Shown here: positions 36,588-51,000 of the stretch, one piece after another
How positions within the stretch are numbered: the stretch's first letter is position 1
How the letters are laid out: every line of letters starts with the position of its first letter
Position numbers and translations under genes: made by a program
Notes under the pieces: generated by a model
Database searches by the model: none
The model's input: the letters and a program-made list of their open reading frames with translations, nothing else
What the model was told of the DNA's origin: nothing
From: Lama glama
Taxonomy: Eukaryota
Assembly: GCA_028534125.1 (NCBI GenBank)
Contig: CM052817.1
Span: 73,534,001 to 73,598,000, forward strand
Direction of reading: 5' to 3'
Length of the DNA stretch: 64,000 nucleotides

Positions 36588-36831
36588 TTTTTTTGATTGA
36601 AGTACCATCAGTTACAATGTGTCAATTTCTGGTGTGCAGCGCAATGTCCCAGTCATTCGTGTACATACATATATTCATTTTCGTATTCTTTTTCATTAAA
36701 GGTTATTACAAGATATTGAACATAGTTCCCTGTGCAGAAACTTTTTAAAATCTATTTTTTCTATATAGTGGCTAACATTTGTAAATCTCAAAACCCCAGT
36801 TTATCCCTTCCTACCTCCTTTCCATGGTAGC
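36588..36831 (-). mobile_element. Short, younger L1 3' end
   Basis: ttttttgattgaagta...ggttattacaagatattgaacatagttccctgtgc. tggtttt on both sides as probable TSD. Confidence 0.8.
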
Positions 36832-39298
36832 TATGGTTTTGACAGAAAAAGACCTCCTTCCAAGCTTTTACTGAGCATAGTCTTTGTTCTCCATATTTGT
36901 AAAGTGGTTCTCACCTGGAGATTTGTGAGGACATTTGCTGTTCCACAGGGATTTGCTTGGGTTAACGTTAGCTCCTTTGATGCCGCTAGTTTCAGAGGAC
37001 ATCTGTGTATTGCTAAAGTATTATAACAGTCTACTTGTAGTCTCATCTCTCGAGTTATCTGGTAGACATTCTGATTAGGCTCCACAGTTCCCCCTGGGAG
37101 GCAGGATTTAGAACTGAAGATTCAGAAACCCTGGGCTTTGATTAAAGAAATATACTCTCGTCTAAGTTAACAGAATCAAGGTTAAGATCCCAGTAAGTTC
37201 AGTTTAGCTCTCTAGTTTCTGTTTGTAATTGAGTTGTGCTATACATTTAGAGAAATGTATAGCTCCTATATATAAATAGCTAACTTTTTCTAGCTGAGTA
37301 AGTCATGTCTGTATATACCATTCAAATGCATCTTAATATTTAAAACATAGTAGAAACTTCATTATAAAAAGTATAAGCTTACAACATTTGAAGTGCTTAC
37401 AATGCTAGTTTTATATGAAGGCCTGTGTTTTGTTAACCTACATGAGTATAAAACCAGCAAACTGTAAAAAACCCAGAAAGGTAGCCAGCAGAAGGTTTTC
37501 TCATAAGTTATTCCAGCCAGGGAACTGCTGAGAGTGGGAGACGAAACATGTGCATAGAGGAAATGGCTTTTGACTCTGGGGAAGAATCTTCCTAGCAACA
37601 TTTGGTTTGGAAAATCTTCAGCACATCTAAGATGCCCTATATATTGTGTGACTGCAACAGATATCTTTGTAGGTGACATTTTTACAGAAGGCAGTAACAG
37701 AGTGTTTGCTTTTAAGGCATTTCACTGTTAAGCATTCCAGTATCTTGGATTTGTGAAATATCAAATAGGAAAAAACTGCTAGAGTAATAGTATTACGGGT
37801 GATAAAGTAGGCATAACTGTTTAGAGTAAACACGGAGTGCTTGCAGGCAATAGGACTGTGCCATGTTCCACTTTTCCTGCTCAAATTTCACTTAACTTGC
37901 ATTTTGGCACATTAGATAGACATCAGCACACACTGCAGATATCTAATTCAGTTTTTCATATATCAGCTACCTAATGATTTCAAGATATTGCATGGGTCTG
38001 CAGTCCCATCTTCCCATCTTGTTTATGCTTAATTAGCATTACAGGGCAGATATCCACTTTTCTGGCTCAAACTCTCTCTCCCCCAGTGCTGTGGGCAGTG
38101 CTGGGCTGTAAGAATGTAGCAGTGCCCTCTCTGCTCACCTCTCCTGGTTGGTAGGACAGGAGGTAAGTATACTCAGGTATAGAGCTCATTATAGTTTCAC
38201 AAAATAAATCTCAGATTATCCTTTGCATCAGGTACTAACCAGGTACAGATTGAATGGCTTTCTGACCTGCCTTTGTTAGAAGGTGGCGTCTCTTGGGGCA
38301 AGGAATGCCTGATTAAATATGGCAGGACATGGACATAATCAACTGGCTCCCAGGTCAGCAATTACCAGAAAACTGTGAAAATTGTTACCCACCAACAGGA
38401 TTCCTTGGCCCTGGAAAAGGCAGTACCAGAAAGAAATTTGACTCAGGCATTATTATTTTTCATGTTTGATTTCTGAGTGAACAACTCTAACATGCAGGTC
38501 TGATGTCTAACTTTCAGACACTAAACTTTGTAACATTTTTTTCCAGGGATACCTTCTGGTCAAAAATAGAGAATTTCCTACATATCATTTCAGATTTCAG
38601 GAAGTGACAGCATTTATGTGCAACAGCATAGAATATAGAAGCAGGGGAGGTGACTCAGACACTAGAGTCACTAGCATGACAAAGGAGGAATGGAGTCCAA
38701 ATTAGGATATAGTTCATGCTCTAGCCTTTCCTCAGTGCCCAAGTGAAAAGAAATCAGTGGTTTCTACTGCAGGGTAATAACAGCTATACATATGTGGATG
38801 CTATGTGCAAAAAAGAAATCTTATAGAAGGAAGCATACTTGAAGCAGGTTAATTTGTTTCATTAGATATTTATTGAGCATTTACTATTCCAGCAACTGGG
38901 ATGCAACATTAAACAAAAAGAGAAAACCCTTTGTTCTCTTCCCATTGTTGTGGTAATCGAAGTCTTTAACAGATCTTTGTACCTGTTATTCTGGTGACCC
39001 TGTAGGGATTATTGCTTACAGGATGATGGCAGAAGTACCTGGAGTGGGTGATCCACTTCTTACGTACGTGATTCATGTTTTACTTCAGGCCCTACTCAGG
39101 TAGGTTCTGAGATGTAGAAGCAAGGATCTAGGAAATCAGTGGAAAGAAGGATTGAGCTGAGAAAGAATACAGCAAATACTCTCAACGAGGGAGGAAACAA
39201 TTTGCTACAGACCAATCAAATATAGTCACCCCCAGTCCCCAGATTTAGGAATGAAAATGGTGATACAATGACTGATTAAACTTGGGATGTATTTTAAC

Positions 39299-39328
<30 letters not shown>
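39299..39328. repeat. (TGT)n microsatellite
   Basis: About 10 tandem TGT units. Confidence 0.9.
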
Positions 39329-39329
<1 letters not shown>

Positions 39330-41059
39330 AAATAATAACAAATAAAATACACACAATGCCTCATATCTACAATCTTTTTTCACCTAACTTATGTTTCTGG
39401 AACCTAACAGAAACCTTGTTAGGGAAAATGGGAAAGGTAATATTAGCCCTGATGGGTGCATGAGGACAGGTAGATGAACTAGTAGAAGGAGGTTAGAGCC
39501 TTTATTTTACTCATAGCTCTTGACCAGAGGCCAACACATAAGCTTTTTCAGGGTAACCCAAATGGTAAAAAAATTCTGATGGGAGAGAAAAAGAGCTTAG
39601 TCTTAAAACAGTCTGATGGGAGGAGACAGATTTTCTAGGTGAGCCAGGTCCCATAGGAATGATTCTGCTAAACACTGTGTGGACAAATGCTACTTTAATT
39701 TATGTGTAGCTATGTCTCCAAGTTGTGTTTTTCTTAAAGCAGATTAAAACCAACACCACGACTAGAGGTAACCCTAGAGATCTAGTTACCATATTTTAAT
39801 AAGAAAAGTGAGACACAAAGAGGTTATCAGTTTCCCAAGTTAAAAATTCTTACTTAATAGTATAATAGAGACTCAAAAATAATTTTAATAGGATGTTATA
39901 TTATAATACTGATGAAAATGAAGACTGTAGACACAAACATATGATAAAACATGTGGTCTTACTGATTCATTGATTCCTCTTAGCAATAATGTTTATGTAC
40001 CAAATTTCCTTCTATTTGTGATGGTGTTTTATATTTATTGTAGCTAATTGATTCTGGGGATAAAAATAAGACCTGGTGTGTCTGAAAGGCTCGGCAGCAT
40101 TGTACTGTAATGCTCATTATAGTTTCATAAAATAAGTCTCAGATTATCAGATGTTAAAAAACAACACAGTGGGGCAAATTTTAAATGAATAGTTTGGAAA
40201 CATCCTGCAGCCTTGTGGTGTAGTCTTGTCAACTCCCCCAAATGATGGAAATTCATCAGAGATCTTCGAAAAACTGTAGCTTAAAAGGGAATGGTGGGAG
40301 GTCAGAGATCTTGATGGTTTAATGGTAGTATGTGATAAGTCAATAGTCCACCAAGTTTTGTACTTTGGGAATAATACATGCTTTTAAACCAATGGATCAT
40401 AAGGAGACGTGCACACACACAGATTTTTTTTGACTGGATAGTTTATGACTGTATCATTCCAAGGTGAAATTCAAAATTAACATTAAATTCCATAGCTCAA
40501 TAGATATTATTGTAATTACATTATCTTATCAAACTGAATTAATAATTTTCTAAAATGATGTACGTATTGAGCTAAAGCAATAGGTTTGAAGCCATAAGAA
40601 GGCTGCCATGATCAGAATCTCTAGTGTATGAGTCCCTGCTCCCAGATGTTAGATGATACCTCACTCTGAGTATTATTCTTTAAGCCCAGATACTTCTTTG
40701 TTCTCTAAAGTCCAGCATGGTTGTGAAAGGGTTTTTTTTTTTTTTTTTAATCTTGGTTTTTTTTGTTTGTTTTTTGTCTTCATGTATCTTAGAGTTACAT
40801 ATCTATGTTTGGGTCCAGAGAAAGGCAGTCCAGTATATCATCTCCAGCACACTCATATAAATCAACATTTCAATTTTCAAATGATAGGCACTTCAGAAAA
40901 GAAGATGGCAATTTGAGGGGCAAAATAGACAAAGAAAGAAAGGATGACCCACTACTTGTCTGATAAATTGCCTAACCTTATCCCAGGAGAGAATACATTT
41001 AGGGCACCAGCATTCCCTCTCCCCACTGCCTCACCACACCCCTGGATGTGCATGGCTCG

Positions 41060-41256
41060 TGTGGTGGTCATTTGATGTGTCCACTTGGCTAGGCTAGAGC
41101 TCCCAGTTACTCCATCAAACTGTAGGTGTTGCTCTAAGGATATTTGGCAGATGTGATTAAAGCCCATTATCTGACTTTTAAATGAGGGAGAGTATCCTAG
41201 ATAGTCTGGGTGGGCCTGATTCAATCAGCTGAAAGGCTTTAAAACAGAACTGAGGG
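41060..41256 (+). mobile_element. MLT2 (ERVL LTR) 5' fragment
   Basis: tgtggtggtcatttgatgtgtccacttggctaggcta...gggtgggcctgattcaatcagctgaaggc-type consensus. Confidence 0.75.
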
Positions 41257-41259
41257 CTT

Positions 41260-41970
41260 TTGTTAGTTTTTGTTTTGTTTTGTTTATTTTTTATTGAAGT
41301 ATAGTTGATTTACAATGTTTCAGTTGTACAGCAATGTGATTCATTTATACATATACATATATATATTTTTTCAGATCCTTTTCCATTATAGGTTATTATA
41401 AGATATTGACTATAGTTCCCTGTGCCATACAGTAGGTCCTTGTGTGAAGGAAAATCTGGGCTGGTCTAACAAGATAACTCACAAGTCTAGGAATGTGAAG
41501 GAGAGACTGGGCTGGTCTAACAAAATAACTCACAAATCTAAGTATTGGAATACTGATCTGAGTTCTGCTGGACTAACTTGTAAATTTAAGTTAATTAGTG
41601 TTGGTTTGCTGTTCATGGTTTTTGCTAGCCAGATGGATTTTCAAAGATACATATCTGGCTTTGGAATGTTGGTTTGCTGCTTCCCTGCCTCCACTTTTGT
41701 GATAATGATGCTGCTAAAGCTGTTCCATGCCTATTGGCCAAATACCCCAAGCTTGTACTTTACCCTATAAAACCTCATGCGCATGTCTTGGAGGTGCTCA
41801 GAGCTTCGGAGCAGAAGCCCCTCTGAGCCTGCCGGCATAATACATCTGAGTACTCCAACCCTCCGAGTGGTGCTTGTTTCTTGACTGGCCTGTCCTTTCC
41901 ATAGCACTTGTTGTTTATCTATTTCATATCTAGTAGTTAATCCCAAATTCCACATCCTTTCCTACTTTCA
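41260..41970 (-). mobile_element. L1 3' end split by a solo LTR
   Basis: tttattgaagtatagttgatttacaatg...agtaggtccttg, then the LTR, then cttgttgtttatctattt resumes the L1 consensus. Confidence 0.85.
41443..41906 (+). mobile_element. Solo LTR, ERV1 class, with 51-bp tandem duplication at its 5' end
   Basis: TG...CA termini, 4-bp TSD CTTG (41439-41442, 41907-41910), TATA box ccctataaaa at ~41763. Confidence 0.9.
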
Positions 41971-41974
41971 TACA

Positions 41975-42580
41975 ATGCTGGTGGGAATGTAAAATGGTAC
42001 AATTACTTTGGAGGAAAATATGACAGTTTCTTAAAAAGTTAAACATATACCTCCAATACCCAGTCATTCCACTCCTAAATATTTACCCAAGATAAATGAA
42101 AGCATGAATCCATCCAGAGACTAGTATGCAAATATTTACAGCAGCTTTATTTGTAATAGCACCAAACTTGAAACTACCCAAATATCCATCAACTGGCGAA
42201 TGGGTAAACAAAAAGAGACAACTATTAATACATACAACAACACTGATGATCTCAAAATAATTTTCTAAGTGAAAAAAGCCAGACATAAAACAAGCACGTG
42301 CTGTATTATTCCATTTATGCAAAACTCTAGAAAATACAAACTAATCCATGGTAACAGAAAGCACATCTGTGAGTTCCTGGGACAAGGTTGGGAGTAAGGA
42401 AGGACAGATTACAAAGAGGTATGAGGAAACTTTTGGGGGTGATGGATGTGTTCATTATCTTAACTGTGGTAATAGCTTACATTTGTCATATGTACATACA
42501 TATGTTAAAGCTCATCGAATTGTATACTTTAAATATATGCAGATTATTTTGCATTAATTATACTTAATAAAACTATCTTA
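41975..42580 (+). mobile_element. Old L1 (L1MC/ME-like) 3' end
   Basis: tgctggtgggaatgtaaaatggtac...cagctttatttgtaatagc...gaggaaacttttgggggtgatgg...aataaa. Confidence 0.88.
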
Positions 42581-45500
42581 AGAAAAGGAAAAGGTATATA
42601 CTCACACATCAAACATGTACCCTGCTTATAGAATACAATAGGAACACATCCTTTTATTGCACCATTCACTTAATTTGTATTATAATACTTAATTCGTTTT
42701 AATTTTACATAAATTTTAGGTTCTCTCCTAGTGCTTTTGCACGTGTATCTTCTCTAGTTAAGATTGTAATGGAATTTATTTTCCTGTAGAAAGAACACGT
42801 AAAGGTTTTCAAACTGCACATACATCCAGCTCTATGGAATCTGACAGACCAAATCTAGGAGTTTCCCTCCCTTAACCCGCCTCCCTCATCCCACCCCTCC
42901 CGCTCTCCCCCAGGAAACCACTCCTTGGTTTGGACTTAATATGCTTAACAAACACACTAACAGTGTCAACCAGCTCTTCACCTTAAAACCCTTCATAGGC
43001 TGAGGTGATGCCTCCTTCACATCTCTTGGAATTTTTTTCCCCTTGGAAGCTCGTTTCTAGTCAAACACTGAAAAAAAAAATAAAAGATCAGTAGAACTCC
43101 CCTGTTTTTGGAAACATTATAGCATTTTGTTTTATTGTCACAGTAAATATGCACACAAATATTTTGGCCATTATTTTCTGATTGTGCATCAGTTTTCACA
43201 AAGCTTTGGTGCCACTGACTACTTTGTTTAATTACCTAGCATGTGGGAAATTGGAACACATACAAAGGTCATCTTTTGAGCATGTGGTCCTAAATATGCA
43301 GTTTTATTCTCAAAAGTTACGAGAATTATAAAAAGTCCATTAGTTGAGACTAATATTTTTATAGATTCTGGTGCACTGTGAGTTTATCATAGATCTCAGA
43401 TAATCCAGTGGTAATAAATAATTGCCGTTTTCAAGGTACATTTGGCTGTTTTGCCAAGGGCAAACTGATTTTCTCAAGCAGAAGTCAATTATGCCTGCCT
43501 CCTTTAAGATGCAATTTTCCCCTCACCCACTGGGCCCTTAGGGTATAATTTAGAAGAGGTCTTGTGTCCAAAATGAGTGATGGTATATTAACTATAATAC
43601 TTTGTACCATTTGCCAGAAGTGCCCTCTGCCTTTCATTCAGTCTCAGTCACAACGTGGTACATTTCATTTGCATTTGCCAGGGTTTTCCAGGACGAGTTT
43701 TCGGTTGAAGTGTTAATGAGTGAGGAAAAGAGTACTCAGCCAGCCTAGTTGAGAGTCAACACTGGGTATCTTGTATTTTATAGTGACTGCTGCAGGTTTG
43801 AAACAGATTTCAGCTTTTCCTACATTGTGTTATACAGAACACTAGAGGTTCATAAGATATTAATAGGTAGTTTGTTAAAAAAAATTGAGTGTCATGGTTA
43901 AATAAATTTGGGAGACTGTGTTAAATAAAGTTGAACAGATTCCTCTGTTGCAGGATTTCTTGGAACCTTTCATAAGTCGCTGTATTTTTAATCTCTAAGA
44001 TAAGCATATAGTCCACAGCATTGACTAAACATATTTGATCACAGCACCTTTTTTTAACAACAAAAAAAAAATTCCCAATTTTTATCTTGCTGAAAATGAA
44101 CACACTTCTAAATTAATTTGGAGAAATCTTTCTGTATATGCTCCTTTTCATATATATTTTCATTGCAAATCAAAATAGGAGAAATCAGAACAATAATTAT
44201 GAATTTACCAAAAGTAGCCTTATGTCTATACTTGTATATGCATAAAGTATATACATAGATAAAGTATTACAACCCTATGTTAGACAAAATGTTCTGTATG
44301 TGCACATTATGCCTTTTTAAATATTGAACAACTTCCTGTCATAGATTATCCTCTCCCATTTTCCTGTGCAATGCAGAGATGCTCAGACATCATTCCTTCA
44401 TGGTTGAAAACATTTTACCCTAATTTTTGATAATGAAATAATGATAAGGAATAGAAAGAGTAACTTTATATTTGTATGTCAGTTTACCAAGCAATTTTAA
44501 GTGTATCATTTAATTTAGGTCTCACAGCCACATTGCAGAGTAGATAGGCACAGCCTAGCCTCCTTTTACTCTGAGGAAATGGAGATCAGAGAAGTTAAAT
44601 GACTTGCTGAAGGTCACACAGCCTGATCGAGGCCTGCCTCTCTGCCTCTCACTTGACACAGGAGGCAAAGGGACAAAATTCCTAGTCTCTACACAGTTTT
44701 GAAAAATTCTGTGCTTTTACAAACTTTTTAAAAGAACATCTAAAATTTTATACTGCAAAAACAGTAGGCGATTTCTAGCAATATACTAAGTCTCCCTTCC
44801 ACCCTCACCCCCTCTTCCTCTTCCTCAAAATAAATGAATTGAAAAAAAAAACATAAGGGCCCATATCCACTGTCAGAATATCAGCCATGAAGGGTTTGTT
44901 GGTGGCTTTTAATTTTATTTGAACCCCCCGGAATTCTTTCTGGCTTTTCTTGGCAAACATCATACAAAAATTAATTTGGGAATGTGAAATCCGGTGGGTC
45001 TTAGAAATGACCAAGGTCTAGAGAAATAATATAAAATACATATTCAATAACATAAAATAAAGTTGTGGCAATTGGGAGTAAAGTCTGGGTTTCTTAATTC
45101 ACTGTTTAATACTTTTCCTGTCATACTACACTGGCCAGTGTGTTAATGGAGGAAGATAATATGATAAGCAAGCTGAAAATTTTTTAGGGATATAGAAAGG
45201 TATGAAAAAAATCCATGAGAATAGAAATTGGGAAAAGTTGAACATAGTGGCTAAAGATAGATACAATCAGAGTAAATCAAGAAAACTAGGTTTGTGCACA
45301 CAGCTCCTGGTGAAGGTGTGTGGTTGGTTCAGATCAACTACCAGCAAATCGACTCAAAACTCCAGATACCTTCACATGGCTCCTTATTATAGTTTCATGG
45401 CTGAACAGTGACATTAGGATTGTCAATTTGATTATTTTCCTTATTACCCAAACCGTCATCACTGTGAAGAAGAACTTAAATGGATAATGATGACTTATTT

Positions 45501-46869
45501 GTCACTTTTTCTAATTGTTTACAAAAGACAGGAATAATTTTTACAAAATTTTGAACTCATGTCTGTCATGCTAAAGATGAGATGCACGTTGAACATTTTC
45601 TTTCATTCTGTTGCATTTTCTTGCTTTTTTCTCTCTTCTTTAAAATAATGTGAAGCTTTATAATTGACTATTAATAAGAATACCTTTATTATACAGAAAA
45701 AATAAGTTATGAAGCAAAGGCAAGATAGTGATCAAATGATTGACATATTCTTGAATATTCTGGTAATATGTCAGCTTAATAAATATTTAACTAAGATTTT
45801 TCCTTCCCCATCCCACTCCACCCCCAAAAAAGTAAAGCATTTCAAGTGTTCCTATATTTCTAATTAGGTGAAAATCATTCGAATATTGTTTTACCTTTGA
45901 TTCCAGCAACTGCTCAATCTTTGTGAATTTGATCCTGCCCTGAATTCTGAAACACTGCTGAGTCAATTCCATTTACAGTTCTGGTTATTCCTTAGTCAGT
46001 CTTATGAGGATTCTCTTCCTCCACCCAACACTTAAAGTTTGGGATTTTCTAGGACTCTGTTGTCAGACGTGTCCCCTCTCCCTCACCTCTTGGGTAAATG
46101 CAGGTGAAATAAACCACCACCATATGAGTATCTTGACTGTGAGAGTGTGTTTCCTCTGTCTCCAAGTGTTTACCTCCCTGAAGTGATCTCTCTAGTCCCT
46201 GCCAGGCACATGCTTAAGCCAAAAAGCTGAAACCCTCCCTCTTACTTTTTATATTCTATTAATTACAAGTCCTAAAATTCTACCCCCTTAGAGTCTTTAA
46301 TCCATTCCTTGAGCTTCATATTGCAGACCTCCTACCTTAAGCTTAAAATAGTCTCCTATTTTCCTAATTTCTGAGCTAGTTCCTTCCTGGGGCACTTTGG
46401 ACCTTCCCTGTTTGTAACCCTTCAATATCTCTTAAGTCTACACACCTTGGCAGGACACAGAGTTCTCTTGTCATTGGGCTCTTGTTCACCTTTCAGCCTC
46501 ATCTCTTCCTGCTCCCTCTAGAGTCTGACGGATTTGCTCTGGGAAACTATTTACAGTCCATCAAGTCACTTCTTTCTCCCAGGTGTCTGTGGCTCTGTAC
46601 AAACTCTTCCATCCATCTCAAGTGCCTTTGGCCACTTTGTCTTTTGGGAGACACCTATTTATCCTTCAGGAGACCCTCCCCTGTGCAATAATCTACATGG
46701 TCTCATTCCCGTAGCATGTTTTTGCAGACTTTTTTTTTTTCCATGGCATGTATCACATTATATTTTAGTGGTTGTAACAACCTGAATGTTCTATTATTGG
46801 AGCTTGTACTCTTTGAGTATGGAAATCTTATCTTGCAACTCTTTGTACCCCCAATTACAATAGCAACAG

Positions 46870-48090
46870 AAAAGATAAAGTAGTTTAGAATAAATAAAAC
46901 AAGCAATATCTGAGCTCTTATGAAAAAAATGTAAATTTGTTCCTGAGGCCTCAAGAAAAAATGGAAAGGCATACCATGTTTCACATAGGAAAATTTAAAT
47001 CATATACATTTTCCCTAAGCTATATATTTAACATGACCTCAAAATAATATTACTGATTTGTTTTTTGAGCTAGACACACTGAATCTGACATTCAAATGAA
47101 AAAAAAAATAATCAAAAATTAAAAGGTTCTGGGAAAGGAGAATAATACACAGGGAGAGGAGAACTAACTTGGATATTTAAAATATTTTAAAATATTATAT
47201 TAAATATTTAAAATACTAAATATTAAAAAAACTGTAAAACTATAAAAACATAGAACATAGTATTGGAATATGAAAAGAGACAAATCAACGAACCAAATGG
47301 AAGGCCAAGAAATAGACTTGGATACCTATGAGAATTGAATGTATGTTTAAGGTGCCATCTTGAGTCTGTAGGGACCACTCACTGATCAATTTTGAAAAAA
47401 ATAATCTTATGTGACACCACAATAGATGGCAATGCATTAAAGATTTAAATATGAAGAATGAAACATAAAAGAAATACTTCAATAACCATAGGAGAATAGT
47501 TTTATAAAATTAGGGTAGGGAAAATCTTTCTAAGTATGACATAAAAACAGTAAGCCATAAGACAGAAAAATGACAACTTTGACTACATGTGAAGAATTTC
47601 TGCATGCAGAGATCACCATAAGTCAATTCACGAAATAATCTCTAATTCAGGGAAACATTTGCAATTCGTATCACAGACATAGACTAATATACCTACTATA
47701 TAAAGGGCTCTCACATGTCAATAAGAAAAAGTCCAATTAGCCAATAAAAATAGGTCAAAGAAATGAGTCAGTAACAGAAAAGGAAATATAAATGTCTCTT
47801 CAACGTATGAATAGACGTCACTCATAAGAGTAGCTACACATTGAAACTCACTGGGATATCATATATCATCTTTCAGAATAGCAAATATGAAAAAGTTCTG
47901 ATAATAATTTGTGTTAGAAGATGTGGGAAAACAGTTTTTCTCATAGGTTGTTGGTAGGAGTGTAAGTGGGTACCACTTTTATAGAAGGTAATTTGGTAAT
48001 ATCTATCAACATTACAAATAAGCATACACTTTGATCCAGTAATTCTACATGCAGGGGTTTAATTCTCAGATATATTTAGAACTTGTGTTA
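46870..48090 (+). mobile_element. Degraded L1 ORF2/3' region
   Basis: aaatggaaaggcataccatgtt...gttggtaggagtgtaagtgggtaccacttt...ttgatccagtaattctac. Confidence 0.75.
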
Positions 48091-51000
48091 ATATATTTCC
48101 TATATTAGAATATAAATAAAATTTTAAGTTAAAATTAAATGAATTTTGTTTAAAAAAACCTTTATTTCACCATCTTTTAGGCCAACTTTGTCTTTTTCTT
48201 CCCATCTTTCTCCACCCTCTGCTGGGACAATGTGTCTCCTTAGATTTTGCTTCAAACATAAAAGACTTTGTCATAAATCCACCATGAATCTGACAAATGC
48301 ATTTCCCCCAAAACTCATACTTTAAGAATAGCTAACAATTAGAAAATTTAGAGGAAGGAAAATAGTTACTCTTCTTATTGTCTATTTTGAAACTGAAATG
48401 CTAGCATTTAATTTAGCCTGAGAAAGTAAATGGTCTAAAAAAATTGTAGATACACCATACATTGGTGAATACCATCCATTGCTTTTCCAAAATACCTATT
48501 TTTAAAGTCAGATATATCTTTTAGGCTACATACTTTGATGAAATGTTGGTCACTTATTTTAACTTCTAAGACAAATGGAAAAATCTGTAATACATGGAAT
48601 TACCTGACTTGAGAGTTTTGTGGAGCAGTTGGTATAAATATTTTGACCTTGGTCTTGGCCTCTGGGGAGCAGTGTACGCTTTGAGCTTTGTAGAATGGAG
48701 TACTCACACACATATGGCTACATGCTGTGCCGTCCTACAGAAGCAGGTGGCTGAGTCTAGCTATGAACAAAAAACTCCCAAAGGTTTACCCTTACCTGTC
48801 AACCACACTCAGAAACTGTGTATAATCAATAGTTGCCTTACGGGACACCCAAAGTGCCATCTGCCTAAGTGGGTAGATGGATTTTTCCCATGTGCTTTAT
48901 TGAGAGAGTTTTATTCTCCTCATCCCAGGAGAAAACTATTATTCAAAGAAGAGAAAGAGCTCTGAAAGACTTCGATGTAGGAAAATATTATTCAGCATCA
49001 CATCACGTTTAACTAATTAAAGATTTAGGTTGTTAAACAGAGAGCATGCTATCAAATTTATTGCTGGTGAGGAAGTTTGTATCTGGAAGTACAGCATCAA
49101 GATTTAAAAACAGAAGCAAAAAAGATGAGAGGGCATACAAAAGGCAATGTTATACCAACATAATCATAGGTAAAATGCAAACCAGTATTGGAGTGGAGTG
49201 CAAACTTATTATGAAACGATACTGTCATGTGGTAGTCATACGACATGAAACAATAAAGATGCAGTGCATAGGAATTGTAGGCTGCTGTTTCTCGTACCAT
49301 GTAAATCCAGGCTACTGAGCTTCAGGATTCCACTTCACCTCCTCTGAAATCTTTCCATTTTCTGAAAACTGCAAACATTTTCTTCTTTGGAGCCACCATC
49401 TATGTACAGTTTTAATTCTTACATTTTTCAGTAGTTTTTACCCTGATAGTGTTGTACCTGCACCATTCACTTCTTAAGCTTTTTCTTTTCTTTTTTTTTC
49501 CTGAATGGAATGTTCTTATTTTTCCTTTTGCACTACATTTTCAATGGAAATAAACTCAGGTTGTAATTTCAGGGTTTCCCATTTCCATAGGACTGTAAAC
49601 ACTGCATACAGCTTTGTGTGCTACACTTTATTGGCTTTTAAAGGCAGTTAAATGGAGGTTTTTGTACATAAGTCTAGTTGGAGGTAAAATTCACATGATT
49701 ACCATCTGTTTGTTTTTGCAAACGTAGCCTTAGAATTTAGTTCTGATATGCTGAGGGAAATGTTATTTTAGCTTTAGTCAGGACTGGAGTTTTTAGACAG
49801 GAAATTTAATTCTCATACCAGAAAGAATATTTGTGACCTTTTCTTATAAGCCAGGTATAGGCTAAAATTTTGAAGATCACTTATGAAAAATAAAACAGAT
49901 GATATAAGAATGTTATTTTGATTCATGCTGTTCATAAAGTTGGGGTCCCTGAAATAAGCCTTCGGTATTTAGAGAGGAATGAGGTCTGCTGTAGAAAAAT
50001 AAAACATAAGTGTATCTAAATACTATTTAGAGAACAGAGGGGAAATTTATTGAATCAAGTGGATATTTTCCATTTTGTGTCATTAATAGGATAATTTTCA
50101 TATCTAATATCCCTGACACTCCATTACTTAAAGCAAGCACCATTCTTGCTGGCCGTGGGCAAATGTGGCTCTGGGATTCTGTGTTCCATGTCTAGGTGGT
50201 GAATTGGAGCAATCCTGTCCAGCTGCCCCATAGCCTGTTCATTAGGGAAAAGGGCTCAGTGACCAGAGCTAACAAAGACAAGTGGGAGAATAAAACAAAA
50301 AACTTGCAGCTGCTGATTTTCAGCTGCCTCACTTAAGGGGCCTCAGAGAAAGAATTCAGTGTTCCAAACAGCATGTTTTAAATAACAATACAACACACCT
50401 GCCCACCGTAGTCTATGTGCAGGGGCTGTTGGGAACTGATTCTGTCCACCAAGCTGGAACCAAAGATTTTAAATTATAAACCTGCAGACATGCAGATAAA
50501 GGAGAACTCTGTTCTGGTGAGTGGTTTTGTTTTGTTTTGTTTTGTTTTGTTTTGTTTAACTGCCATTAGAATTAGAGCAAGAACTAAGTGAAGTGGATGT
50601 GGTATCAAGTGATTCCTCAAAATGATGACCAATCCGGGCTGTTCTTCGGTTTAAATGTATTCTGGAAACGACAGTGTCCAAAAAGTCTGAAACTGTTTTA
50701 CATATACACTAGTTGTTTTAACATTTTAGGTGATTAGGATGTGTTTCTTCATTGTCCAGATACCGTTTCAGTTGAAGTAACTCTAACTTTAAAGTCGTGA
50801 AAAAGGTACAGTAAGTACAAAACAGAGTATGCAAAAAAAGTCTGCCAGCACCAGGATGTTTAGAGGTAGTTCACCTGAAAACATGTCTGGAGGCTGAAGA
50901 AAAGTATATGGAGAAGGTTTCATGTAAATGTGGCGATAATATAATACAGCTTTTCTGTTTCCGGACGCTCTGTATTTCTAGAGGCTGCATGCGGCTGGTC

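Noticed and set aside
38087..38162. Cassette exon (pyrimidine tract + CAG ... GAG|GTAAGT)
   Set aside because: All three frames contain stops and no partner exons were seen. A non-coding exon cannot be supported from sequence alone.
41443..41544. CRISPR-like repeat array
   Set aside because: Only two adjacent copies without spacers, inside a mammalian LTR.
47170..47230. AT-only palindromic stretch
   Set aside because: Low-complexity expansion within an old L1.
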